DNA from: Octopus sinensis
Lineage: Eukaryota
DNA: 64,000 bases
Direction of reading: 5' to 3'
Assembly: GCF_006345805.1 (NCBI RefSeq)
Contig: NW_021836150.1
Coordinates: 117,177-181,176, forward strand
The position numbers and the translations under genes are program-made. Below are positions 13,184 to 28,042 of this stretch, piece by piece (position 1 is the first letter of the stretch; each line of letters begins with the position of its first letter). The notes under the pieces are model-generated. The model was not told the origin of the DNA. It ran no database searches and worked only from the letters and a program-made list of their open reading frames with translations.

Positions 13184-16100
13184 ACATTATTATTATTATT
13201 GAAACTTTTAAAGCACTTTTTTAATATTTATTTACATCCTGTAGAGTAAAACAAGGCTGTAAACAGCAACAATTTATATCAATAATATTATTTAAAGCAT
13301 TAGAATGCAAATTTTCTTTACATTGAACAAGGAATATAAACAAAAAATTAATTTCAATTAATATTACAATATAATTAAACATACAATAATTTTGTTTCAG
13401 TTTTTATTGTTTTACTGTTAATTCAATTTACAGTTAGCAACATTATTTCCTCTTAAATAATTTATAACTGAGAAATAACAAGATCATTATTTTAGCTATT
13501 TATTATTTTTTCTACTCTTAGATGCAACATTCTTAATACATCCTAATACTAATGCAATTCAACAGAACTCATATTCCTAATTTATACATTATGCATGTTG
13601 ATACTGTATCACATTCTTTCCACCAAAGTGTATTTATTTAACATGTGACATAAAATAAAGCATGAAATACCTATTTTAAGTGCTCCAGCCTATGGAACTA
13701 TGAATATATAACATTGCACATAATTTTATTCCTACAGATTACTAAGGGAGAATACCATAGGCAATAGTCCCAAAGAAGATATAGACTAATTTTACCATTT
13801 AGAGAAACATGGTAACTTTGTAGCATACTTCATTGTAATAAGTTTGTCAATTCATACTTAAATGTTTATTTTTGCTTTTAAATCTACAGAACATAATCAT
13901 TCTATGAAATTCTGAGTTTAAAAAAGTATACTGAAATATTCAGCTTGGTCATTTTGAATATAGTAGAACCTTTCAAATAACTTATTTATCAAACTATAGT
14001 TCAGTTATCTAACACACCCTATATAGTTCAATGTACTACTATTTCTGCTTTTCCCTTGTCCAGCCAAACCAGAATAGGAATAATAAGGATTTGTTAATCA
14101 AGCATAAAATTTGATAATAAAGTAGCAGGAATTGGATCATTGTAATGTTCATAATTTTCACACAAAGTACATTAGGGCAATAAGTAATACTGTTTTAGTA
14201 AAAACTTAAACCTAAAAAAATAGATTTCCTTTCAAATGAACATATTTCTGTATCCTATGTCTACCACAATGGACCAAGTCTCATTTGGATTTATTGATTA
14301 TAACAAAATTAATATACATTATATAATTGTATATGTAGTTTATCATTTATATTTGCACTTAGTATATTACCTGTGTGGAGATTATATTTATATTACTTAC
14401 AGATACAATGAGTACGATAAGCAACTATTCATTTAACTTTCCTTCTGTTCTTCTCTAATTTCATCTTAAACAATCATAAAACATTTCACTATTTTTCTTT
14501 ATAGACATACTATTTTGCTATTTATTTACAATTATCAAATATGCATTTTATCATGAATACCAGATAATTGCACAAATGTTTTTGTTTTGTATGTTATTGT
14601 CATTGTTGATTTCTTTTTCATTGTTTTCTTCAAAGTAATTAATAATATATAATTTTTTTTTATTATGTTCTAAAATATTGTATAATTATTCCTATTCATT
14701 TATTTTTACCAAATCATTCTAAGACAAACACTCTCTCTTTCAACAAGAAAATTTTTAATAAAAGGCATTCAATTCCAAATTAGGTATTTCTGAGCACTTG
14801 AATCAAATGCATGTTAAGAAAAGAAAGAAAAATAAATTGAAAGTTAGCAATAAAACAGTATGTAAAAGAAAAGAATTATGGCATGATAAAGATAATTACT
14901 TTTATTATCTATTAATTATTCTTAGATAATTAATCCACATAATTTTCATGAGAGCTTTTACATTGGAGCTCTATTACAATGCTCTATTATTTTCTTATTT
15001 CTACCAAATGAAAGAAATATAACCATTAAACTGGAAGATCTTCTAAAACATTCTAACCTCGGTAAGAAAAGAATGAAAACATATCAATAGAAATCCAACT
15101 CGGGTTTTAAAATCTCTCATCTCAAAACTAAAGCCGAATGAAATATGAGCACTGGCACCAACAAAATCCAGATGTTCCATACTGTTCTCTGTTCAATAGT
15201 TCTATAGAAAGGTCTTGTTCCAACAATCATGTATTACATTTGTATACTATCCATCTCTGATCAATTTATTTTTCACACCGTAGAAAAGAAGAAATAAAAT
15301 AACCCAAGAGGAAATAACACAACATCCAATGAATGGGAGCTCTCTAGGATAAGACAGGTAAATGAGTCAATGAGACTGCTAATTCTTTATTGAAAAACTG
15401 GTAATAGTGTATGAGTTACATTAGAGGATAATGGTAGTGCTTTCTGGAATTACGCATTGTATGTTCCATGCTGATTTCAGAGAGTAAAATATATGAAGGG
15501 TACAACTTTGGGATGACATTGCTGCTAATTTCAAATAAGCACTGATAGAATACAGAAACTAAAGAAATAGATTTTTCAAGAGTTCATCAATGAGGGAAAT
15601 GCTTTCTTTTGTACACAGTGACTGTTTTAGACATCAAAATTAATGTATTGTGAAAAGTATAGATTAAAGTCTAATCAAGAACACTCTTAAACAGTTTACT
15701 ACAGGAAAGAAAACCAAATTTACTAGATGAACTTTTAACTTCTATCAAGAATGTTGTATCACACATTCAACGTACAGCAGGATAATAATAATGTCCTTGC
15801 AAATTGTTCTACTCAAGATACTGGCAAAAACCCTCAACAATATGCAACTCATGGCTTTACTCTGCTCCGAATGTTCTCTGCGTATGTCCATTTATATTGT
15901 GGCACAGTCTATTAGGAGCCAACCAATAGGGGTGTTCTACTTCCACACAACAGGGAAGAAGGTCACAAAATTGGAAGGAGGGAGGGTATCATTGAATAAA
16001 TCATCACTGGTACTGACTGCTATTTTATTTTATCAGCCAAGAAAAATTGAGAAAAAAAGTCACATTTAACATGATTTCAACTCAGAATGTGAAGGGATGT

Positions 16101-17276
16101 AAATGAATAACTACAAGGTGTTTGGGCAGGCATTTTAACCATCTTGTCAATCAGCAGCCTATTTCCCGGTTAAAATTTTGATGACTTAAGAAAATAGGTT
16201 CCTAAAAAGGTCATAACTGATTCTTTACATGGGAAACTTTAAACTGAAATTATTCTTTTTTACAATGTTAAGTTAACTTGGATAATTTCAGTTTGTAGTT
16301 GCCTAGAGTGCAGCAAGTGGGTCCAATATTATTTCCATGAAAGTCTTTGTTTTACTTCAATTTTGTTTAAAATTCATTAGGGGCTCACAGGTATAGCCAG
16401 AAATTCAAACTAAGTAAACTACGAAACAATGTCATACTGAGTATAACAACTCTTTGCTTTCATGGTTAAAAGATTTGTCCAAAATGCTGTGTTATGTTAA
16501 GGTATCAGCTACATAGAGTAAAATTAGGAAAACCAACATATTAGTTGGAGATTACAGAAATGAATGCAAATATTTGGAGATTATGGAAACTAATAGAATA
16601 TCAAATGCTTCTTTTTATTTGGCATCGATTTCTTTCTTTTATTTCTGAATCAAATTAAAAAGTTTAGTAGCATGATTTACCCTTGAAAATGTTATCAAAT
16701 GGTTAAAGAGAATGAAAAACTATAATTCTATGTATTATGAAAATTTCATGGAAAATGAATCAATGTGTCGGTGCACTATGAGATGAAGCAGAGGGCAAGA
16801 AATTGGTTCCAGTCGTTTATCAGAGTTATACAAGTATAAAAGTAATGGAAGACATTATTCATGGTAGTAAGTGTTAGTGTATATTTATAGGAGAACGAAT
16901 AAAGCTACACTGACTAAATAGATAAACAAGAAGGAAAACATGGTCATATGGTACAGAAATATTGAAAAATTTTACCAATAATTTGGTCAATAAATGTTAT
17001 TGTTAAGCGTTTGTGTACCTATAAGAAACAGAATGAAGATGTTCTGATGGGATGACAAACAAAAACTAAAGTAAATATGTAAAATATAAAGATAAAATTA
17101 TTTTAAAGTACTGAGCAACTTTTGGCTGAACCCAAAATAGAAATATATTTTAAAAACGTAGATTTGGTTCGTTTGCAGTGTAATTATTCAACAAATTTGT
17201 TGGGTCAGTTACAGCTATACATAAAGTGATAGCAGTATAATAATTATAAAATGAAAACACTTATATAAATACATAC

Positions 17277-17318
<42 letters not shown>

Positions 17319-18040
17319 TCCTCTAACGTCACCAAGTCACGAGCCATTGGTCATCCACCCATCAAATCATACTGAATTTTTACAGATGCAGTCTGTCTTT
17401 CCATCCTCTCATCTCCTGCTTCGCATACACTCTTGCAATTCCAACAAACTTCTACACACCTTGTGCCATGAGGCACTGCATCCCTACTATCTCTTTGCAG
17501 CTCATATTCATCATTCTCTCCATTTCCCACTAACTATAGTACCCATGCAGCAACTCTGCAAGAACCTGCTCTTTCCCCACTCTTCTCTCATAGTTTAACC
17601 TCTCATAAAGCTGCCTCCCTACTCAGGGCTTATTATCTTGCAAGCTGCCCGGTGACCTCAATAGTGCTGGTGGAACAGTAAAAGCACCAAGTACATGCTG
17701 TAAAGTGGTTATCATTAGGAGGGCATCAAGCCATAGAAACCATACCAAAGCAGACACTGGAGCATGATGCAGTTCTTGGACCCAACAGATCCTGTCAAAT
17801 CAACCAACCCATTCCAGTATGGAACATAGACAGTAAATGAAACTGAAACTCTGTGTGAGTGTGTATAAGGTTAGTAGAGTTAGAGGCTGGAATAACCATC
17901 TGAGGGATAAAAGCATCCGTTATACTACCGGTATAATTACCTATGTTAACCCCAGGCATACATATGCAAGCATATTATGCTCATAGATTATAGGTAATGA
18001 CAAAGATAAACATGAGTTTATCAGGAATCATATTTAAAGT

Positions 18041-18649
18041 AAACAGAAAATAGAGAAATATTGATCAACAACAATTGACTTACATCAATTATTATTTTTC
18101 AATTCAGTACGAATAGACAGTATCTTATCTAACAGCTGTTTCAATTTACAATGTTATATGGTATTGCCATTGATATTCTAATAATAATATTCATCATATT
18201 TGGTAATAAATCTGATCTGGGACATGGAGCGTCATCAGAGTGAAGAAAAATACATACATAAAAGATAGGAAAGAAGAGAATAGTCTCGAGAGGAAAAGGA
18301 ACGGCTTAATATGTTTAAATCATATCATTTACTCAATGTCCCAAAGTGACACATAAACAAAATGTTATGATTTAAACATATTAAGCCTTTCCTTTTCCTC
18401 TTGAGGCTCTTCTCTTCTTTCCTTTCTTTTATATATGTACTTTTCTTCACTCTGATGAAGTTCTGGGTTCCAGATCAGCTTCATTACCAAATATGATGAA
18501 TATTATTTTTAGAATATCAATGGCAATACCATATAACACTGGAAGCAGAAACAGCTGTTAGATGGGATACAGTCTATTTTTACTGAATTAAAAAATAATG
18601 ATTAATGTAAGTCAATTGTTGTTGATCAATATTTCTCCATTTTCTGTTT
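18041..18649. repeat. About 610-bp diverged fold-back (palindromic) element
   Basis: Left arm AAACAGAAAATAGAGAAATATTGATCAACAACAATTGAC... is the reverse complement of the right arm ending ...GTCAATTGTTGTTGATCAATATTTCTCCATTTTCTGTTT. Spacer about 30 nt near 18329-18360. Confidence 0.9.
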
Positions 18650-18676
18650 ATATATATATAATCTTTTATTTTATAT

Positions 18677-19055
18677 TTTTTACTTGTTTCAGTCATTAGA
18701 CTGCTGCCATACTGGGGTACCAGCTTGAAGAACTTTTAGCTGTATGAATCGATCCCAGCCCTTTTCCTCTTTTGTTAAACCTGATACTTATTCCATCGGT
18801 TTCTATTGTCAAAAGCTAAGTTATGGGGATGTGAACACACCAACACAGGTTCTCAAGCAGTGATGGAGGACAAACAGACAGACACACACATGCACACATA
18901 CACAACGATCTTCTTTTAGTTTCCGTCTACCAAATCCTCTCACAAGGCTTTTGCTGGCCCAAGGCTATAGTAGAAGACACTTGCCCAAGGTGCCATGCAG
19001 TGGGACTGAACCTGGAACCATTTGGTTGGGAAGCAAGCTTCTTACCATACAGTTA
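18677..19055 (-). mobile_element. tRNA-derived SINE (family B)
   Basis: Homologous to the copies at 28759, 33098, 43198, 54774 and 56852. Head contains GGTTCAGTCCC (B box) followed by GCACCTTGGGCAAGTG. Confidence 0.85.
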
Positions 19056-19625
19056 TGTGCATTTGTGTGCGTTCACATGTGTATATGCATGTGCACATCA
19101 TACACACAGTATTGTGCATACTGTTAGATACATGTCTGGTACTGTTGAATATAGTATTCCATGTAAAGCATCATTATCCAGTCTGGTTCCAGCATAGTGG
19201 TGTGGTTACTACTGTACTTAGTAATATGACTGGTTATGATATACAGAGCAAATGTAGAAGAAACAATGAGAAACAGAGATTAAATGCTCAAAAGTATTTG
19301 ATCTCTGTAACATAATGCAATAAAGTCTTCCTCTCTTGATCTGTTTTTGGTTCAGCGTCCAATTGCACATGGAACAACCAATGCAAAGGTTGCAAACGAT
19401 CACAACAGAGAAACATACAAAAGGATATAAAGGATATAAACTTGTGTTTAACAGAATTTCTCATATATATATATATATATATATGTAATTGGGTAAAGAG
19501 CTGAGGAGTGTGTGTATTACATAAATAATAACCACGTGTTCTTTTGTATATGTTAGTATTTAGTATATGTTCATTTGTTTATTTGCTACGTTTTTTTTAA
19601 CTATGTATGTATGTATGTATGTATG

Positions 19626-19670
<45 letters not shown>

Positions 19671-19719
19671 TATATATATATATAAAATGGAAAATTTGAC
19701 ATACCTATATATATATATA

Positions 19720-19774
19720 GAACCGTCCAACCCATGCTAGCATGGAGAACGGACGTTAAACGATGATGTTGATG
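19720..19774 (+). mobile_element. Strongly 5'-truncated family A tail
   Basis: GAACCGTCCAACCCATGCTAGCATGGAGAACGGACGTTAAACGATGATG matches the family A 3' end. Confidence 0.85.
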
Positions 19775-19827
19775 ATAGGTATGTCAAATTTTCCATTTTT
19801 TTGCCTTTTCATGACTATATATATATA

Positions 19828-19883
<56 letters not shown>

Positions 19884-19949
19884 CATATTCTGCATAAACA
19901 CACTACCTGTATGACATGAAAATTACAGAAAGCATTAGAGCTAAATCAA

Positions 19950-20095
19950 TTAATAGAATAATTAAGTTGTATAAGATGCAGTTTGGTTTTGGGTCAAGAA
20001 GTACTACTGATACATTCTTGCTAGTATGGCAACACAGAACACAAGTGGAGAATTTAGCTGAAAGTAAGCTACTATACATACCATTTATCAACTAG
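19950..20095 (+). mobile_element. Small RTE-like reverse transcriptase fragment
   Basis: Translates MQFGFGSRSTTDTFLLVWQ...KLLYIPFIN*, matching the QFGF...STTD...LY..FIDL RT motif. Confidence 0.65.
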
Positions 20096-21414
20096 GGGAA
20101 AAATTTTAAAACAGTCCTCCAATACAATGATACATGATAGAGAGATGTGGACCCCGAAGGAAGAGGACTTGTGAAGATTATAAAGAAATGAAATTGCCAT
20201 TCTCCAGTGGATGTATATTATGTATACTTTTAATTGTATTCTAATTTTCCTTACTCTTCCTATTTTATATAAAACCCCATATTAAGTATAACCTGTCTTT
20301 GTAATTTTCCCATCATATGACAGTTCTGTGGCAAATAAAAGAAACCACCTCCACCACTGCTGAATAGTGCTATAGTCTTGGTAACAAGGTTACAGATGTA
20401 TGGTGAAAGTCTTTTAACACTTTAGAATATATAATACTAAGACAAAATAAAACAAAAGTGAATATAACAGTATGTATGTATTTTAAATGGCTATCATGAT
20501 TATACTACAATGCCATTGTTTATTATTTTAGTTTTACAATAATTTTCCATTTAGCAGTCATAAGAATTATATGGCTCAGAATCATATTTAAAAAAGAAAA
20601 ATCAAAAAATGTAAATAAGAATCAAAATATTTGTAAAAAGTTTCATATAGAAATCGAAATATATTGAATTCATGAAATATTATATATAGGTGCCAACTTA
20701 TATTAGTCATCATATTTCGTTTTTAACTCCCCCATATTGTAAAAGTTATTTAATAAATCTTGTTTACATGGTATTGAGTTATTGGAATAAACTAGTCAGT
20801 TGTACTTCTTTTTCCCTCAATATTTAATAAATTTGAAATCATATAACTATGATTATTAAAGTGAAAATTACTATAAAAGTTAAATAACAAAGTAAATGTG
20901 TGTCTGTGTGTGACTGCGTAGTAATAGAAAAACACAATTGTTGAATTGCAGTAAAACTTTTAGCTATTTGAAAGTGAAAGGAATTAAACCCTGGTCAGGC
21001 CAACAAAGGTAGTCACAAAATGTGTCTCATACAGAAATATATTTTATTCTATGAAATCTGAAATTGGCCTTAGTTTAACTCTAAATAAGAACTGACTCAG
21101 ACTGTGACACCAGCATAGCCTATGCTAACATGGAAAATGAGTATAAAATGATGATGATAATGGTACATGTGGTTGTGTAGATGTATGTGTATGTACTTGT
21201 GTATGAATATGAAACTGCAAATTTGTCTGTGAACCAAAAAGAAAAAAAAAATAGCAAGTTAGTTATATATGACAGGTGAAACCTCCAACAATGCAAACAA
21301 TAAACATAAAAGTCAATTAAAAAGAAACATTCCAACTAGTCAGGCATGAGAAAATGTAGAATAGTGTGTCTGTAAGTCATACCTTCATGGAAAATATACA
21401 CAGAACTTTGGTGA

Positions 21415-22765
21415 TAAGATCAGGTATGAGGGGTGGGCATTCCCCACTGCAGTGCATTGTTGCAGCCACCATTTGTCAGTATTTACTTGGATCATGTGGG
21501 GCAACCCTCTGAGCAGTATCCCAGTCAATCCCAATCTCTGCAAGATATTTCCTCATCTGCTGTGACCATGCGGCATGTGGCTGACCAACAGGAGCTGTCA
21601 CTCCAGCAAGATCCACAAAAATAGAGAACATGACATACGGAATCCAACTTGGAAACCTGAACAAGATGACAAAACAATCTGAGCAGATGCTCCTGAATAA
21701 TACAAGTAAAAGGATAAATCTCTGAGTCAGTTGATGGCTGGATATGAAATCTGACCAAGATTAACCCATAATCTGGTGAAACATCCTGGCACCAAAGGAG
21801 TTCAAGCTCCTATGGGCCCAGGGAGTGTCCAAATCTTTCAACTATAGAGCAAAACAGAAGGACCAGAGACCTAAAGATCCAAACCTTTGTTCTCCTGCTC
21901 AAATATCAGCAGTATCAAATACTCTTGTTCAGTGAGTCCACAATTATACCAGCGTGCCCAAGTCATTTTAAGACTTTGGACTCACAGCTAATGCTGCTAA
22001 AGATAAAACTGCCAGATAAGTGGTCGACAACTTCTACATTCTCACCTACAATTGAGCCAGACCAGAAAGCCAATGAAAGAAACTCTAATGCGAAGTGATT
22101 CACCTCAGTCAAAATAGAGCATTCGTGAAAGCATCCAGAGACTCAACAAGAATAAATGCATCATCAACAAAATTCTGGTCAGTAACCCTAATTTTCCCAG
22201 TGAGTACTCCACAACTCAATTGAGCAATCATCTGGCAAAGAATCAAGTCCAAGTAGGCATTGAACATTGTAGGAGCCAAAACAACCCTGCCAGACCCCAG
22301 ATCTAACTGGGGAAAAAGTTAAATGTTGAACCTCCACTCCAAATTGCACTTACTGTTCTGGTATACAAGACCACTATTAGCCCAACTAGAAAGGGAGCTC
22401 CAGAACCCTCTAGAGCATATCCCTGTCTACTGAGTGAAATGCTTTGCACAGGTCAACAAAAGCTGCAAAAACTCTGCCTGCATTCAATGAGTACTCAGAG
22501 AGCAAGGACCCTGTCAGTAGTTGACTTCTTTTGCGTGAACCCTGACTAATCTGGAAGATGAAAGGCAACCAGATGATTTCATACTCAGTTTAAAATAACC
22601 TGGTAAATACCTTACTGGACACTGAGAGGCGTGTAACAACCCTGTAGTTGTTGCAGTCGTGGCAACCATCTTTACCTTTCAAGAGAGGAATATTTATGCC
22701 TCTCTCCACTCAGATCATATGATGTCACTGCTCTGAATTGAGTAGATCATCTGCCACAACTGTAA
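21415..22765 (-). mobile_element. Decayed RTE-clade LINE (RT domain to 3' end)
   Basis: Minus-strand motifs DCNNYR...SVSSKVF, QSGFTQKKSTTDRVLAL, AFVDLCKAFHSVD, WQG.VLAPTMFN, NFVDDAFIL, GQPHAAWSQQMRKYL, with multiple stops and frameshifts. Confidence 0.9.
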
Positions 22766-22934
22766 GATAATGATGATAAATTTATGTGAGCTATACATAC
22801 ACACATATTTATATACCTAAGCATACATTCCTTTACTGGTTTTATCCACTATGCCATTGTTATATTGAGGGAGTGTTATAACACTGCTGAAGCTTTTATC
22901 TTTTCTTTGTATTTTGGTAAATAATAGGAATTTG

Positions 22935-23620
22935 ATGTCGTTACTGATATTTGCATCTTATGCTGTGATGAATGCTTATTCTACTCAATAGATTTTTCAG
23001 GTGTTCATTGAATATGTAAACATCTTCATGTAGAAGCCTTATGTTTTTCAATATGACATTGAAGAGCTCATTTGAAAGTAATATTATTACTATATACAGT
23101 CCTAATTCAGAAAAAATGGTAAAAAGGTTTTGCATACTGCCATAGCACAGTCTGGTATTTTGTACAACTTTGAATGCCAAAGTTTGCTTCCAGGACTTTC
23201 CAATGTAAATTATTACTTCAAGAATAGAGACCTAATGCTTTCAAACTCTCCCAGTGAACTGTCTGTTTCATAATTAGTAATCTCTCTTTCAATGGACCGT
23301 TTGATTGTTTCCAGTTCAGTAAGAAGTGTCACATTATGAAAGACCAATAGCTGGAGTAAAAGTCCAGATGTCTAACAGATGTCTTCCACAAAATTAATTT
23401 TATCCCATCAGGATTTATCCCATTGTTGCCATATTAGTTAAGTGGAGAAATATGTATCATTATTCATTATAATCCCAATCCATACAGACATTCTGGTTGT
23501 GGGTTTGAAATTCAATTTCTCCTGGTCCTGTGTATTTTCAAATTGACAGTAAAATATTTGAAACTTTCCAGCAATGAATTGAATATATTTTCATCAGCTT
23601 CCCTTGATAGGGTGAAGGCA
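22935..23620 (-). mobile_element. Decayed CR1/L2-like LINE 3' fragment
   Basis: Degenerate similarity to the LE.IQ..FT..I...Y.ERL..L.LYSLE and LFN.L.KNIR C-terminal motifs. Confidence 0.55.
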
Positions 23621-26600
23621 TATAGCCAAGTAGTCAGGTAGTTGGATTCATGACTGTTAGATCATGGGTTCAGTTCTTGGACTTAGTGGTGTATTGTATT
23701 CTTGAGCAAGATGCTTCCTTTCATATTGTTCAGCTAAAAATGTCTACCAATTGTAGTGGATGAGTACAAGAGTACATTCCAGTCAGGAGAAATCATTTAC
23801 TCTTAACACTCTAAATGCCTCAGAAACATGGATAAATTCCAACCTCAAAAGCCTGTTAGCCTAAGACAGACAAAACAATTTTAAAATACCTCTGTAGGTT
23901 TTTCAGTATAATCGTGACATATGGTTACCTTTTATAGCTTTGTATCACACTGTAGTTAACTGATGATGTGTCTGAGATATACGTGCGATATTTAGAGAGG
24001 TTGAAAGTCAAACAATACTTATTACTTGAAATCTCAATGTCATCAATCTTTTTAATTCATTCAGCAATAATTTAAGAATTTGCTTCAGAAATTTGTTTTG
24101 AGCCCAAATACAACCAAAAGAGAAAATCTCTTTAAATTTTTAATTAACAAAGAACCTAAATAATCATGCACAGTTGCAACTTGCTTTGACCAAAATTTAA
24201 ATAAAAACAACACCCCATAAATATTCTTTGGAATCAGAACATGGAATCCGATGTCAATAAAAATATTTTTTTTAATAACAACTGGATTTATAAACTAACA
24301 GCTTTTATTTGTCTTCAATTCAATTTAGTTTAGCGAACACAATGAAGAATTTTTTTTTTCTTATTTGCTTCTTTTGAAATGGTTAAATTTTGTTTTTTAA
24401 ATTCATTTTGCTTGAAATGGAAATATTCATGAATTTAAGCCACTGCTGATGGTCCAAATAGAAACCTCTTGTCATAGAAAATGGCAATCAGATAAAGATA
24501 CATAGAAATAAAAAAAACCTTTCCAATGAATAAACTATGAAAGTCTAATCATAAAGCAATTGACATTCTACTTCAGTATGTTTGTTAATTTCATTAAGAA
24601 ATTTCTTAACAATGTAACACAACAGTAGCTGTTGCATCTAGCAATGAAGGAATTCCTTTCTCTTCGATTTAAAGTAAAGGATTTTTGTTAGTGCTTGCGG
24701 CTTATATAGTAATGTTATGTTTTATTCTATTTCCGTTATGGAAAGTGTGTTTCTGTAACAGATCATTATTAAGAAAGTTGTTGTTACTGAGAACAACCAT
24801 AACAACAACTTACCACACCCTAGAGCAGAATTTTCAAAAATATTTATATCTGCAAAGAATAATTTTGGAAAGATCAATATATTTTGGATAAATATATTGA
24901 TTTCTCAGCAATTAGGGGAAGTGTTATACACTTCCTACATAGCTTTAGAAAGTCAATGTTATTAATTTATTTTATTTATCTATTTACTGTTGATTGTATG
25001 ATGGTTAAGTTGGCTTTGATATTTCATGGAAGTTGCTTTTTACTTATCATCTAATACTGCAATTATTCTTAGAAAAACTGTCTCTTTTTATTGCAGGATA
25101 AAAGGCACTTGCTTTCTATTTCCTTTATTAATTTTTACCATCAAAGCGGTATTTTGTGTCTATACCTTTGTAAGAAGGATAATTGCAGCCATATAGTTAT
25201 GTGGATAGATTGCACTCAGTCACCGTATTATAGCGGTTTGTACTAAAACCTTCATAAAGAAAGCATGTACAAAGAAATACCAATATTTAAGGAGGAAAAA
25301 AAAACCAATTCCTATAATTCCATTCATGTCTGTACGAGAACATACAAAATTTATGGAAAACAAATCAGTTGTAAATAACTATATTCTAATTTGTCCTTAT
25401 TACATTCACTGACAGCTTCATTTTTACACAGGCACTGTAGTTATTTGATGACATATTGGCACTGCCAGCATCAGCAGTCATGAAATAGTTAAAGAATTAT
25501 ATTGCTTAAAATGTGATACAATGATTAAATAATAATTTCATAATTCTCTACACCAATAAAGATTTATCAATTAACCATGAAAGCTCAGATATAATGGAAA
25601 TGTGAGAAGACAATGTCAGTGATCATCTCTTTCTCAAGGTATTTGCGTAGTAAGTAATCAAATTCAAACAACTGATTCCATTTGCTTGGAAATTACATCC
25701 TTAAGAAATATTAACATAAACAATGATATTTTGATTAACAGAATTCTAACATTTATATAACATTCTCCTAATTTGTATAACATGGCTATGAATACACATC
25801 CAGTGGTAGCATGCAGAAGCAGTGCTTTTGTTATGACTAATTGCACTTGAAAGTCTATGTAACTGAAGTCACAATGATGATGATGAGCTAACAAGCGACC
25901 CTTTGTGTTGTCACTTGACTAGCAAGAAATAGCCAAATTTCACACACTATAAAGTATAGGATCTTGAAAAAGAAGACATTTGACAATATAGCCCAGGGTG
26001 TTAGGTGCTGGGAAAAAGAAAAAAAATGTGGGATCTGACTGGAATAATTTTGATCATAGGTCCACTCAGTCAACAACAACAACAACAACAAAAAACTACT
26101 CAGCTGCTCATGATATTGTACTGTAATGGATAATACATATAAGGTTATTTTTACACACATATATACACACAAACATGTTATTTTCTACACATTTATATGA
26201 AATATCTATGGCAACAATCTTAACCCTTAAGAGACAACAGGGCCGATCTACCAGCCAAAAAGTCCAATGATGACAAAGAATGTATTAGTTCATTCAATTT
26301 CTTACAAATAATGCCTCAGTAAAACTTCCATGTTTTGTAAATTCTGATGTAACTCTGGCCAATAAAATATAAACTATAATAGAAAAAAATGTAATAAAGC
26401 CATACGATGATGATACATTTACATGAATTCCACATAGGTGTGTAGGTCACAGAATTCATAAAACAGGGTTAGAGCATAAAGACTTCTAGCAGGAATCAAA
26501 CCCATTATAAAACTTTAAAATTCAGCCCAACAGTCTACCACAATATCTATTAGTGTGTTCTCATGTGAACTGCACTGTGAACTGTCTTGTGAAAGGATTA

Positions 26601-27026
26601 TTCTTAGCAAAAGAGACTGTGTCAGGATAGCTACGAACTATGACCATAGACACAATTCATTTTTAGTGACGTGAAACAGCAGCCAACTCTTCCCCTAACT
26701 TTGCACTATCATCTTATCAAAGAAACTACACACTATATAATATAGCTCTAAGATATTTGATGGCTGAAAAAAAGATGGTTTTATCTCAATTAACCAGTGT
26801 TTTAGTTATCTGTTTCTGTTAGCTTCAGTGGTTAGGGAGACTGGTTAAAAGTCATTTCAAAGCTAGGTTAGACGCAGTGTCACTTGTTAGAATAACTGAC
26901 GTTAGTTTCAGTAGAGTAATTGTGGGATTCAGATGTGTAGCTTGGGATTTTAATTTTTTTGTCATTTTCTGAGAAAATGCCTTCCAGAAAAAATACTTGT
27001 ACCGTTCAAATTGCAACTATTTAATT

Positions 27027-27193
27027 CACGGCTGCGCAGTTGGAGTCAGAAACAATTAATGGGTAGCTGGAGTTGGAGTCGATAAAATAGACCACAATCA
27101 CTTAATAACATAGAGGAGTAGGAGTTGGAGGTGCCAACAGTAAAGGAGTCGGAGTCAGAGTCAAAGTTTTTTTGTTTTGACTCCACAGCCCTG
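27027..27193. mobile_element. hAT-type MITE
   Basis: TIRs CACGGCTGCGCAGT / GACTCCACAGCCCTG, internal GGAGTC repeats, perfect 8-bp TSD ATTTAATT (27019-27026 and 27194-27201). Confidence 0.85.
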
Positions 27194-28042
27194 ATTTAAT
27201 TTGCAAACATAGGTAATGGCAATTCTTGGCAGATTTATAAGTTATTTTGCAAACAGTAGATATTAATATCAATAAACTATTGGTGGACGCAAACAAAATG
27301 AGCAAGCTTTATGCTATTGCGGGAAAAAAAACACAAGGAAAAAGGGAGGCAATTTGTAGGTTCCATCACAATATATGATCAGTGAATAGAGCATTAATAT
27401 ATAGCAGTAAATAAAAACTAATATTATTATCAAATCATTCAAGAAATGTAGAATTATTAATGAATTTGATTGTGTAGAAGACAATTATCCATAGGATGAT
27501 GTTGGTGAAGAAGTAGCAGAGATATACAACAGCAGGTGATAAAGAATAGCAATCATGAAAGTGGATCTGTAAAATGATGCATTTCACTCAGATGACTGTG
27601 AAAGTTTATTTGGTGCTGAAAATGAAGAACAGCATGGTTTTGCATGATTTTTGATGAACTTTTGAATTTGAAATGTATAAAATTTACCATGTAATTGTAA
27701 TTTAAAGCCATATTAAATTTCTACTTCAGTTTGATATGCATAAATTAAAGATACGAATTTAAATTCACTCCCTATCAATTTCATTTTAATATTTATAGTC
27801 TTAAACTGTGCTGAAGTGCCAAGCCAGAAATAAAATTTCTGTAATGATTTAGCCCTGCAATGAATGCATCCTTGACAAATGTAGTATTCAAATATGATGG
27901 AAACAAGCAAAACATCACATGCAAATATCTGTAAGAACTCTTGGGGGCCATATTTACTTAGTAAGACAAATATTTTGATGTGCATAATGGCTAATTATTG
28001 ATATTACTCTAATTCCTTATTTTTTTCTTTATTCATCTACAA

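Noticed and set aside
15118-15205. Minus-strand hydrophobic peptide RTVWNIWILLVPVLIFHSALVLR*, GPI-signal-like
   Set aside because: No good phase-compatible acceptor and no clear omega site. Plausible by chance in AT-rich DNA.
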